From Octopus vulgaris (taxonomy: Eukaryota), in NCBI GenBank assembly GCA_951406725.2, contig OX597831.1, positions 248,001 through 312,000 on the forward strand: a DNA stretch of 64,000 bases. The letters run 5' to 3'. The position numbers and the translations under genes were made by a program. Shown piece by piece: positions 37,476-49,608 of this stretch (the stretch's first letter is position 1; every line of letters begins with the position of its first letter). The notes beneath the pieces are model-generated. The model saw nothing but the letters and a program-made list of their open reading frames with translations, ran no database searches and had not been told where the DNA came from.

Positions 37476-38897
37476 CATGCCTTGACGAGGAAGAAAGAAA
37501 AAATCTGGTTGGTCTGTAGATAGGGCAAAGAGAGCGCAGCTAAGCAGGTGACATAAGGAATCGGATGCTTGGAGAGCCGAGTGTCTGGCAGAACAGAGGG
37601 AAAGAGACAGAAGCATGAAAGATCAGGAATTGGATGCTTGGAGAGCTGAGCATCTGGTGAAAGAGAGATACAGATACTTATGGTGACATCATCATCATCA
37701 TCATCGTTTAGCGTCCGCTTTCCATGCTAGCATGGGTTGGACGGTTCTACTGGGGTCTGTGAAGCCAGAAGGCTTCATCAGGCCCAGTCAAATCTGGCAG
37801 TGTTTCTACGGCTGGATGCCCTTCCTAACGCCAACCACTCCGTGAGTGTAGTGGGTGCTTTTTACGTGCCACCCGCACAGGTGCCAGACAGAGCTGGCAA
37901 ACGGCCACGAATGGATGGTGCTTTTTATGTGCCACCGGCACGGGGGCCAGGCAAGGCTGGCAACGGACACGAACGGATGGTGCTTTGAAAAATTTCAGTT
38001 GCAGACAAACATGCGATTGAGTGAGGGAGTAGAGGACTACTCACAGTTCCTATTGGATATTGGAAGATAAGATCCAAAAAAAAAAAAAGAAAATGACAAT
38101 CATTTTGCCAAAAGAAATGGTTTTCCAAGCAACAACTATGGAAGAATGTATTGACTTCATCTACCCCTCATTCAACAATCCATCATATGATGAGCAGCAT
38201 CAAGTCCTCTTGTATCAGACTCTTCCCTGTAGTCATAAAAGAGTACCAATCCTATAATTTTGTGAGTGATGGTGCCAATGCCACTCATTTCCCGACTGAA
38301 TTCCTTTATTTGGTTGAACTATCAGGACTGTCACCACATTGGCTGGAATTGAAAAAAAGGATCACCAATAATTCTAATAAGAAGCTTGAATCCTCTAAGG
38401 CTTTGTAATGGAATGTCTGTGATTGTGGAAGAACTGCACGGCAATCTCATAGTAGCGAGAATCAATACTGCCACTTTCAGAAATGAAATCATTATGATAC
38501 CAAGAATAACAGTCTATCCGATGGTGAGGGTATCCCTTTGCAGCAAAGCTACTTCCCAGTTCAATCTTGCTTCGTTATGACAATTTATTAAGCACAAGGA
38601 CAAACTATGGACAACATCTTGATTTATCTGGAACAACCTGTATTCCAACACGGTCAACTGCATGTGGCTCTTAGTCGCAAAAAATTAAAGGAAAATGTCA
38701 GTGTTTCTGAAGGTCAACTAAGAATGTTGTCATCAAAATGGGAAAATATTCCTTCTGATGTTAGACCGTGAAAGGAAAAAGGAAAAATTAAGACAAGTAT
38801 CAATACTTTCCTTCATTTTAATGCAATGTTGAAGAATTCAGCTTCAATGTTTTATAACCTGAACCATCAGTGACCCGATGGGTCATGGGTGGTCTAG
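37476..38897 (+). mobile_element. Decayed, internally deleted Helitron with PIF1-helicase remnants (5' end probably further upstream, about 36.7 kb)
   Basis: Frameshifted PIF1 motifs LQTNMR..YSQFLLDIG, FPTEFL..SGLSPHWLELK, NPLRLCNG..V..L, IMIPRI, AQGQTM, VFQHGQLHVALSR. 3' hairpin tgaccc-gat-gggtca (38871-38885), then CTAG (38894-38897) followed by T. Degenerate start MP*RGRKKK at about 37476. Confidence 0.85.
37687..37985 (-). mobile_element. RTE 3' tail inserted in the decayed Helitron
   Basis: Matches 10537-10827. Confidence 0.88.
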
Positions 38898-41800
38898 TGT
38901 ATATATATATATATATATATGACAGGTTTGTTTCAGTTTCTGTCTACTAAATCCACTCACAAGGCTTCGGTCAGCCCAAGGCTATAGTAGAAGCCACCCA
39001 AGGTGCCATGCAGTGAGACTGAACCTGGAATCACGTGGTTAGGAAGCTAGCTTCTTATCACACAGCCATGTCTGCGCCTTTTCTATCAAATTTGATTTAT
39101 ATTACTGGATTCCAATGTCATGTTTTGTTTGTTTCTCGTACTATTTCTATACACTCTCTGTACATTAATGTAATTATCCTAATTGGAAATGGGTAGGGAA
39201 AAGGGGTGAAGGAGCTGAGGTTGTGTTGGAAGACAGAATAGCTATTAGAATTCAGACAGGTCCCTATTTCCTGGTAAAGAAATCACATTCCTTCCATGAT
39301 GAATGGTTTTACCTCAAAGCATTCGTTGATATTTCACCTCATAGCACATCATCATTGCCATTTTTGTTTTATCATTCATTTTTCAATGCTTGCATGGGTT
39401 GAAAAGAGTTTCTGCTGTTGATTTTTCTATATGATGTCCTTACAATTGCCAACCCTCACCTGTTTCCAAGCAAGGTAATATTTTCCAATAGATCAGACCA
39501 TGTTCCTGCAGAATATTGGAAGTAAATGACACTGCTTGTATGACAGTGACACTCATTTACAACTATCACATGATACCAAGATAAGGAAACGCACGCACGT
39601 GCACACACACACACACTCTTTTTCCATTTTCTGTAGAACACATTTGGCCTAAGGTGCCATGCAATGAAGCAAACTTCTTAACCATATAGCTGCACCTTTG
39701 CCTATACTATATCATTTCATAATTTTTGTGCTTTTATTCATGTTATTCCAGAGCTAATGTTATGCTCTTTCCTCTTCTCCACTCATAGGAACTATTAAAA
39801 GTAGAGTGTGATTGGCATCTTTTTTAATGATGTTAAGTGGATGAAGAATAACTTTCTTCTTGCATGAAATGCTGTTGTATTTAACTTTGCCGAAATGATC
39901 TGGTACCTTTTCCTGACAACTGGATGAATATATTGTTTTGCTGCTCAGAAACATAATAAAGCACAATATTGGATTTACTGTGTTAACAAAACAGGATGGT
40001 CATAACTGCAATGCCTCAGATCATAAGATTGGTCAATTAAACCTAACATCTATTTTGAATTACAAGAACTACTATTTGCAGTCTTATTGCAAACCAGTCA
40101 GCCTGTATACTTGACCCTTTTCTTACTAAATTTCAATTGAAATATATTGCTTTTGTTTTGATTGATTTCTAAAATAGTGAATAATTTTTGTAAAATAACT
40201 TTATCATTATATAATGTATCTGGTGTTTGTAAACAAATGAATATAGTTTTATCCCTTTAGCATTGAAACCGGCCATATCCGGCCAAAAGTATTCTGCCTG
40301 TTTTATGGTCAGACTGGCCAGATCTGGTCTCTCACACAAACCCTACAATATCATTTTAAAAATTAACAGCTACCTCATTGAAATCTCATAGCTACAAGAT
40401 AATGCATGATTAGTTCAAAACAATTTAGATAAAAAAGGATTAATTTTGGCAGAATAATGCGAACACTAAAGGGTTAATGGGAGATTTTAAATTTAGATAA
40501 TTTTAAAACTAGAAGTTTGTGTCAAAGAACCAGGGGCGGTCTCAGGTGGAGAGAAATTTACTCCTGGGACTGGTATAGGTCAAGTTGGGCTTCCTTTAGA
40601 TAGCCAGTACTTTGTTCAGTTAATTAACAAACCCTTTTGTTATAGTATTTCTGCTTTTGTTTTAATTAATTGTAGAAATAACGAAGAGTTTATTTAAATA
40701 CCTCTGTCATCTCTAAGGTGGCGTTTGGAACAAACTAAAATGAAATTTTGATGGAAGTGTTTAATTTAGATTGCTTTAATCCTTTAGTATTTAATCTAGC
40801 CATAATACTCCTCTGGTTTTATGTTAAAACTGACCAGATCCAACCTCTTACACCTATCCTATAATGTCATTCTAAAAATATACAAATACACCATTGAAAT
40901 CTTGAAGCTACAAGATAATGTATGATTAATTCAAAACAATGTGAACATATAAGCAATACATTTGAGAAAGAAATCTAAATGCTTAAGGGTGAAAATAGAG
41001 AATTTGTATTATAGACCTACGGGTGGGTCGCAAGTGGTTTGGTATCAAAAGAGTTAATGTTGCATGTTTAATAGGTTAGCTTTGTCTTTCAGTTCCTTCT
41101 GTGAACACAGCTAATATTTAGCTGTCTTTTAGTTCACTCATTTAATATAACTAATATTTATTATAGCAAATACTGAGGGTTTGAAGATAAGTGGTGTTCT
41201 GTGTCGGCTACAATAAATGTTTGGAAATTTAGATAAATTCATATGTTGTGAATAGAGATGAGAATTCCAACATTTTGGAGCAAGACTATTTTCTAGAGAA
41301 GAAATGATTTTTCTGTTTCTCTTCTGAGCAGGGCCCTCTGTACAGAACATAAGTTCTGTACAAACTTATTAAAATTTGTGAACTATAGTTATTACTGTGC
41401 TATTTATTCACTTTACTGCTAAATATATATGGTAGGACTTATTTGGGGGCAGAAATCCTGCCTACTCTTTAATATTTTGAAGGGAGGGTTGAGAGGGTTG
41501 ACTGTCTTAATTTGTCATTTCACCATTTTTTAAACCGAATCCACCCTCCTGCATTTTTGTCTCATAAATCTGGGATTCTCAGCCCTTTTTGTTTTTTACC
41601 TATGGACCCCTTTGATTTCTGTTTTATTTGGATGGACCCCTATAGCTATTCGGTGTTAAAGATATTTTTTATAAAATATTATTAGGAATTCTATGAAAAA
41701 AATTGATAAAATATTTTGTGTATTATAGAAATATTAGATAACCAATTCATTACACATATTTTAATGACAAAATCTTACATGGACCCCTGAGGAGCAGGTG

Positions 41801-42239
41801 GATCTTGGTTGAGAACCACTGATATAGGTAGTTGTTTGTGTTGTCCTTAGTTTGGAAACATTCAATAGGTTTTGTTTTGCTAAGGATTAAATGTAAGGTT
41901 CCGATGATCTGGTTTCGTGTTCACTTAATATTTGAAGTATTATTCCCCATGTCATTGACGGATATATTTCATGTATTATTTGTTACATAATGTCTTTTTT
42001 TTTCTTTTTGAAGTTTGAAAAAACCCACAAAATAATTTTTCTTTTCAAACCTTGACAAATGTATTATTTCTAGCTTTAATGATACTTTTGTAACTTTATG
42101 TACATATGTGTATGTATACATATCTGTGTGTGTGTAGATATGTTTGTATATATAAATCTGTGTGTGTATCTATATTTATAAAAATAAGTGCGCATGCGCG
42201 AACGTGTGCGCGTACGTGTGCGTGCGCAACGGACACGCA

Positions 42240-42536
42240 CGTAAAAGCACCATCTGTTCCTGTCCGTTGCCAGCCACGCCTGGCCCCCGTGCCGGTGGCA
42301 CGTAAAAGCACCATCCGCTCGTGGCCGTTTGCCAGCTCCATCTGGCACCTGTGCGGGTGGCACGTAAAAAGCACCCACTACACTCACGGAGTGGTTGGCA
42401 TTAGGAAGGGCATCCAGCCATAGAAACACTGCCAGATCAGACTGGAGTCTGATGCGGCCTTCCGGCTTCACAGACCCCAGTTGAACCGTCCAACCCATGC
42501 TAGCATGGAAAGCGGACGCTAATGATGATGATGATG
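42240..42536 (+). mobile_element. RTE 3' tail
   Basis: Reverse complement of the 37687 copy; ends (GAT)n. Confidence 0.88.
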
Positions 42537-42986
42537 TATGTATATATTTGTAGGTGTGCGTGTCACACACTAGTTGTAGATGATTGTCACTGTTATACAA
42601 GCAGTGTTACTCATTTTCAATATACTGCATGAGAAAAAATATTGTATCAGCATCCACGAGGTACTCATGTGGGACCAGGTGGAGTTAAATTTACTCATTC
42701 TGGATTTATACAATTAAAATATTTTTTTTTCAATTCTATAATTTAAAAATAATTGAAGTTGGGTTATTCTATCAAAAAACAATATTTCGTCTTTTGTCAG
42801 TTGTCTTAATATGATTGAAGTGTGAACCAATATTACAGAATAAAACTGGGGAGGGTGGGGGTAAATTTGAGGATGAATGGAATGGAAAAAGTTGAGGCTG
42901 TTCGTTTTTATTGTTGTTCCCGGTCTCTCAACTTGCTAGAAATAACATACAAATTTCTTCAAAAATCACACACCTCGCCGTCTTAA

Positions 42987-43207
42987 CCCTTTCGTTACCA
43001 ACCCGGCTGAAACCGGCTCTGGCTCTTTAGTACAAATGTCTGGTTTTCAAAAGTTCAGAATTAAAACCTTCCACCAAACCTTAGTCACAATTTATGTCCC
43101 TAACTCTAGCTTAATGATAACGATATTATTTTACTTAATTCTTTGTTATATTTAAAATAATTGGAAGAAACACTGAGCATCTCAAAATAAATTCAGTAAC
43201 GAAAGGG
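42987..43207 (+). mobile_element. piggyBac-type MITE family 1
   Basis: TTAA|CCCTTTCGTTAC ... GTAACGAAAGGG|TTAA. Confidence 0.9.
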
Positions 43208-46200
43208 TTAAAACTACTTTATATAACTAAAACTACATGGTCCTTTGTGTCTCATAGTGATTTTATTTCTAGCAGGTCTAGTGACCACATAGAGGCTTCT
43301 TTATTGGTTATGTAGTTGTTTTTGTTGGTTCAACATTATGTAGTTTTCTGTTGTGTATTATTATTTCATCTGAGTGTGCATGATCAAGTTGATAATAGGT
43401 TAACAAACACATCAGTGTGGTGTCTCGATAGGCTACAAACAGCAGCTAAATCTCTCCCATCGCACTTTACTAATTTAAATAAACCTAGGACACATTAGAT
43501 ATTGGGGTTTTATACATACTCCATACAAAGACGTCATGGTCACGGCTGGAATGCCTGCTTTTGACCATAGCTAAACGACAATGGCTGTACTGTGCTTTTG
43601 TTTGATTGATTTATTAGTTTGAAGTGATAGGTTATTCGTTCCATGGATGAAAGTTTATAGCTGATAATATTTGCATCCCTATGAAGGCGTGGGATTTATC
43701 ATTTTGCTTAATGCTATATTAATCGGGGGTGGTGGTGGGGGTGATAAGCTAGCAAAGAGTAGTTTCCATCTATGGAGCTCCTATGTCCACTGCACAGCCA
43801 ACTAACTACCACTGTGACACGGTTTGAGGAAGCCTCCAGCGTGTTAGAAAAAACTCAAAATTCTCTAAAATCACAGTTTTATTGTCTTCTTTTTTTTTTC
43901 TTAAAAAAGTATATGTTGAATATGCAGTCCTAGGTGACGTGTCTTTGATTACAGTTTTATTTTTCTCCACCAGGGTTGACCTTGTGCCATAAGCATCAAC
44001 TACTGAAATATAGTCATTGACTGGATATTGGAAATAGTAACTGATAGACGATTGATGTCTTTAAGAAATTTGTATGATTGTTACAACTTCACATTTTCCT
44101 TTTTAAACATCTGTGGTACTATATCTCTATGTAAGGAATTATTATTATAGATATTGCCAGTGATTAGGACTCACCCTCTTCCCTTCCATATCATTCATTA
44201 TTTTTTGTGGATTTACATTTCGTAGTTGTCCCCCTTGCCTTTCCTGTCCATAATTAATCAATAAAGCTGTTTATTCTCTCATAACAGCTTTAATTGTAAT
44301 TATGGGTCCTCATTCCATTAATCCTTTTGGTTCTATATTTCTACTGAAATGCACCACTTTTATTTCGATTAATTTTGAAAATAATGAAGAATTTAGTACA
44401 ACAACTTTGTCATTATTAAGCTGAAGTTTGTAACAAAAATTATGCGAAATTTTGATGAATATTTTTTTACTTAAATCAATTTAAAGCATGAAGCTTGCAT
44501 CATAGAACCAGGGTTGGTCTCAGGTAGGCTGGTAGGGTTGGTCTCAGGTAGGGTTAAGCATGTTAGTCTTCCTTTAACTGGTATGCCAGTAACTGAAGAC
44601 AATATAACTACCGAACATTTTATAGTATTTAACAATTCTATCCCTCTGAGCTAGTGAATCAGTTTTGCCTTTTATAATGTCTGGGAAAAGTAGTGAGTCG
44701 ACTATACACGGCTGACTTGTTCTTACTATAGTAAAAAAACAATATCTATTGTTGGGTCGTTATTTTGCTCCAGACCACTCCTAATTCAGTAGATCTATGA
44801 CGACAGGTGTTCAAACCTTAATTATCATAACCTTTTTAAGGTCTGGTGCAACTAGGAATACACGATCCAATGTATCAGTACCCTTCTAAGAGAGTAAAAT
44901 TTGATTTGAAATTTTAGTTTTGCTGTTATTTCTAGCAGGTTAGTGATTGTGTAGAGGTTCCCTCGGATCAAGAATACGTATCAACCACGACCATGCTGTT
45001 TATATGAAATTACATTACAAACTGTTTTTTAAAATAATTCCTTTTGTGTGATTTGAAGGAGAGGTCTTGCCACCACATAGAAGAGGATATTTTGCTTGCA
45101 AGAAAAAGGTTTCACATAGTGCTTGCTTTTCTTTTCTTTATATCGTCCATAATGTCTACGTTCCTATTAAAGTGCTTATGCAGTCTATCCACAAATTTGT
45201 GGTCATGTGAGTATGGCTTGGGCAAAATACTTTACAATATTTAGTTTCATTTTGAGTTCAAGTCTTAGTACAATTTTGCTCTTTATCTTTCTGGGGTCGA
45301 TTGTGTGATCATGAACCTAGAAATATATAAAACAATGCTAGTAAAATGAAAAATTGATATATTAGTGTTTGCGTTTAATTAATAGCTACAACGACTCTAC
45401 TACCACGATGCAATTGTTTCATTCCTCAGCACACAAACGAGATCCAGATTTCCAGTGCGGTTGAGGAAAATGTATAGTATTTTCATTGGAAAATCCTAAC
45501 TGAATGATTGATATACAAGAGGTGAGGTATATTATGTCGTTGACTTTGGGTTGATGGTTCAAGACAGTGTCGACTTGGGCTAGATTTGAACTCGGAATCA
45601 AACTAAATACAGAGATATTGTGTCCAGTACTCCACTGTTACTAGTGCCACACAGTTGTTGAATCCTCATTTTGTACAAACATGCACAGACACAAACGAAT
45701 GACTGGTGCGTTGCTTGCTTTATGTTTGTGCCGTCGCTACTATACTATACTATTACACCAGCACACATTTTATGGTCATTGTTTAGCCCCAGGTCAACCT
45801 TGTTTGAGTAGAACTATGATGAAATGTATTACCGCCTAAACTACCTTGGCCCGTTATCTAATGTGATCTTGCCGTCATTGTTTCTTTTTTTTTTTTTTTC
45901 AAGATAACAGGGTTTAATTTGAGGAGTATTTGTCTGCTATTTCTAGCAGATTGAATAACCATGTTTGAGCAGTGGTTTATCAATCATATTTCGCTTATGG
46001 ACTCCTTTGATTCATATTTTACGCGGATTGATCCTCATAACAGTTGAATGTCTTTAAAACAATCCTATTGTATTTTCATAATTAAATATTATTTGAATTG
46101 TATGAAAAATTAATTGTTAAACTATATTGTGTATTATTATAAGAAGTATAACCACTTTATTGCACATTAAAATTTTAACGACAAAATCTTCTGGAGACCT

Positions 46201-48519
46201 CTCAAGGGCCGTAGGGACTCCGGTTGAACACCACCGAAGGCTTTCTCATTCACTAGGCCTTTTTTTTTTTTGTGTGTGATAGCTAAATAAATAAGTATGG
46301 TTACTTTTCGATGGTAAACTAGGGCATCTATTAGTCCTCCCTCCCACAAGCATTCACACATACAATTGTGGATGGATGCGCGCGCGATATATATTAAAAC
46401 CCGCCTTCTCTACGTCACCTCGTCCTCCCACTCACTGTAACCGCTTTTTAATTATCTCCCTTTAAACGAACTCTTCATTTGGTATCTTAGCTACCTTGCT
46501 TTGTCTGCATCAAGATGTTCGCCAAGCAAAACTAGTTCCCCCTCACATGTATATTATATAGGTATATTTTTGTAATTTCCTTCTTTTATTTTGTCAGGAT
46601 AAGAAATACGGGTTAGTTTAATATATTTGCTTGTTTATAAGACTTGATTTCTCTTGTTTCTTGCCGACTTTTTGTGTTGCATTCTTCGAGATAGCAAATG
46701 TTTGTATGACACACATACCGCACATATGTATGTATGTATGTGTGTGTGTATGTGTGTTACCCGCGCGCGTTTATACACGTGTGCGCGCGTATTTGCTTAT
46801 TCGTTAACGAGGCTATGTCAAAGAGATGTATTGATTTACAGATTTTTTTTTCTTCTTGCCTTTCTTCTTCTTCTTCTTCTTCCACAAGCTGGAATGATTT
46901 ATGTCTGTGAGCAAAAAATTAATCTTAGAGCTGTGAGTGAGACAAATGGTTCAAGTGTCGTATCCCTTCTTTTTCGCATATATATTGTATTGTGTGTGTG
47001 TGTGTGTGTGTGTAATATTTTAGTGTTTGTATGCATGTGTTTATCTGTGTGTACACTCATCGCGCGCGCAACTGTAGATGCGCTTGTGTTTGTACCATTT
47101 GTATGTAAGTGTAACGCGTTGTGTGTGTGTGTGTGTGTGTGTAGCCGTTGCTGTCAATAGTTGATTGTATTTGCGACACAAGTAACCTCCCATCACACCT
47201 CCAACGATAAATGATAACAATAATAATAACGCGACTTGTGATGGTTTTTGTGAACACGTTTGGGTAGGTTGTTTCTGCAAATATTGGTATTTGCATTTAT
47301 TTTCGTAGTCCCTAGTTAAACTACTACTACAAATGCACCGAAGAAGCGGGCCTATAATCAAAGTCTTTTCACATGGACCGTCTATGATTGAAAGGATATT
47401 TGGCTGCTAGCAGGTCAGAAATCATTTTGTTGGTTTATATTGGAACACATTTTCCTTTCCCCCCCCCCCACAGCTGAATACTCTTTTTTAACACGAGTCA
47501 CTGAACCGTGAAGTGAAAGGACACTTGTTGCCAGCCAAGAGTTACACATCTTGATGACGTATCCTGAAGTTTGAACACTTGACCACGGAGTTGTTAATCA
47601 AGCATTTTATAGCTAGAGATGTTTGTGAATAATTCCATGTCCACTCTGATCAACAGACCTATGACCAAAGGCATTCCAACCATGACCATCCCATAACTTT
47701 TTTGGGATGCATACATACTTGATGAACTTATCCAATGTATCCTTCCCTTCGAAAGATAACAGAGTTGCTTCGGTAACTGTGTTGAGGTACCCTCATTAAC
47801 TTATATGCTTGTTAGTTTTCTGTTAATTTCCCATATTAATTAATTATCTATCACGACACAGTAAAGTTGCATTGTTTTCAAATGATCATATAATTAGATG
47901 GAAACAGTATGAGACAACATCTATTCGTTACTCTTTTTGGCAAATGCAAGCGAGAACTTAAGATATTGTTCTGGACTTATTCTGACCTTATCATTAAAGT
48001 ATAGGCTGGTCCTTTCCAAAGTGGTTTTACTCACCTATTTGATTGTTCTTACTCTCCTGTTGACTGCAGTTACTCCTGTTTGGACGTTGTTACGACACCT
48101 TTTTGTGTCCTTTATCATACTTTTCTCTTTTAGCGTGTCAGTCTCTGGCATAAAATAAAGTCATCTCCTCTCATCTTAAATACATCCCCTACTCAGCTGA
48201 GGAGACGTTTTCTGTTTCTTTTCTTGTCTTGCAAGTTACTTGATAACCTCACCAGTGTCGCTGGTATGAATAAAGCTTCCAGTTCACACTGTGAATTAGT
48301 TGATGTTAGGAAGGGTATCCAACCATAGAAACTATGTCAAAGCTGACATTGGAGCTCAGCACAGCCTTGTGACTTGTCAAATACAGATAAACTGTCCAAT
48401 CTATGCCAGCATGGAAAACAGACATTGAATGATACCTCCACATGTCACAAAAGCATGCCACCTGTTTTGTAAATTGAAGAAGTTCAAATCTTGACTTGCA
48501 CTGAACTTGGATTATAGTG

Positions 48520-48614
48520 AGGGTGTGTGTGTTATCAACGAGGCACGAAGCGGCGAGTTCTGGGGGCATCGAGCATGAGTGCGGCCGGTCGGTCGGTCGG
48601 TCGGTCGGCGGGGA
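48520..48614 (+). promoter_or_regulatory. Candidate GC/CpG-rich non-coding first exon or proximal promoter of the NSD gene
   Basis: Short, very CpG-rich island (gaagcggcgag...gcggccggtcggtcggtcggtcggtcggcgggga) ending at a consensus donor GTAAGT (48615-48620), 3.4 kb upstream of the 52001 acceptor. The 5' boundary is approximate. Confidence 0.45.
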
Positions 48615-49387
48615 GTAAGTCTGAGTAGTGTCAAACAACCTCACCTTTTTTTTTTGTTTTAAATTTTGGCATGAACAACACATAGTTAAGTGACTCCTTT
48701 GGAAATATGATGGGATTAAAAATTTTTTTTTAATGTACCATTTCCTGGCCAGATGTTTCAATGCTGGGCACATTTATTTTTATTCGTTTTTTAAATGAAA
48801 ATACAAAAACTCCGCCAGTGAATGTTGACCATGGCTATGCACATGTATGAGTACACTTGTCTGTGGGATACTCAACCACTTACATGCTAATACAGTGAGA
48901 AGGTGATTCAGTTAACTAAGCCCTTAACCCTTCACTGTTAAAGCTGACAGATCCATTTACTCATTTATATTAACTACATTCAAAATCGGAGCATTTATTG
49001 AAATGGTTCAGAAGAGAGAACAGAAGGAATTTTGCAAATTCCTGTATTTATTGTCTTTCTATCATATTTCTCAACAAAATTTCAGTAGAAAATTCTTTTA
49101 ACCCTTTAGCATTCAGATTATTCTGTCAAATGTAAAATTTATTAATTCAGATTATTTTGAATTAATCATGCATTATCTCATAACTTCAGTGATGTTTTTT
49201 TTTTTTTAAGAATGGTATTGTAAGGTAGGTGTGAAAGGCCAGATCTGGCTGGTTTGAAAATAAAACAGGTAGAATATTTTGGCTAAGAAGAGATATCCGT
49301 TTCCTTTAGTGTCGGGATCATGTGTCTAATATTAATGTTATCCAAGCCCTCTTAGGTATTGTTTTCAAATGTTAGGGTCTAGTTTAA

Positions 49388-49608
49388 CCCTTTCGTTACT
49401 GAATTTATTTTGAGATGCTCAGTGTTTCTTTCAATTATGTTAAATATAACAAAGAATTAAGTAAAATAACATCGTTATCATTAAGCTAGAGTTAGGGACA
49501 TAAATTGTGACTAAGGTTTGGTGGAAGGTTTTAATTCAGAACTTTTGAAAACCAGACATTTGTACTAAAGAGCCAGAGCCGGTTTCAGCCGGGTTGGTAA
49601 CGAAAGGG
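49388..49608 (-). mobile_element. piggyBac-type MITE family 1, inverted relative to 42987-43207
   Basis: TTAA TSDs and the same TIRs. Its reverse complement differs from 42987-43207 at about 4 positions by eye. Confidence 0.9.

Noticed and set aside
37990-38740. Host PIF1 helicase gene
   Set aside because: Multiple frameshifts and stops, no introns, and a Helitron hairpin-CTAG end.
46598-46611. 14-nt micro-exon (ttttgtcag|gataagaaatacgg|gttagt)
   Set aside because: Splice-like signals only; unsupported without transcript data.
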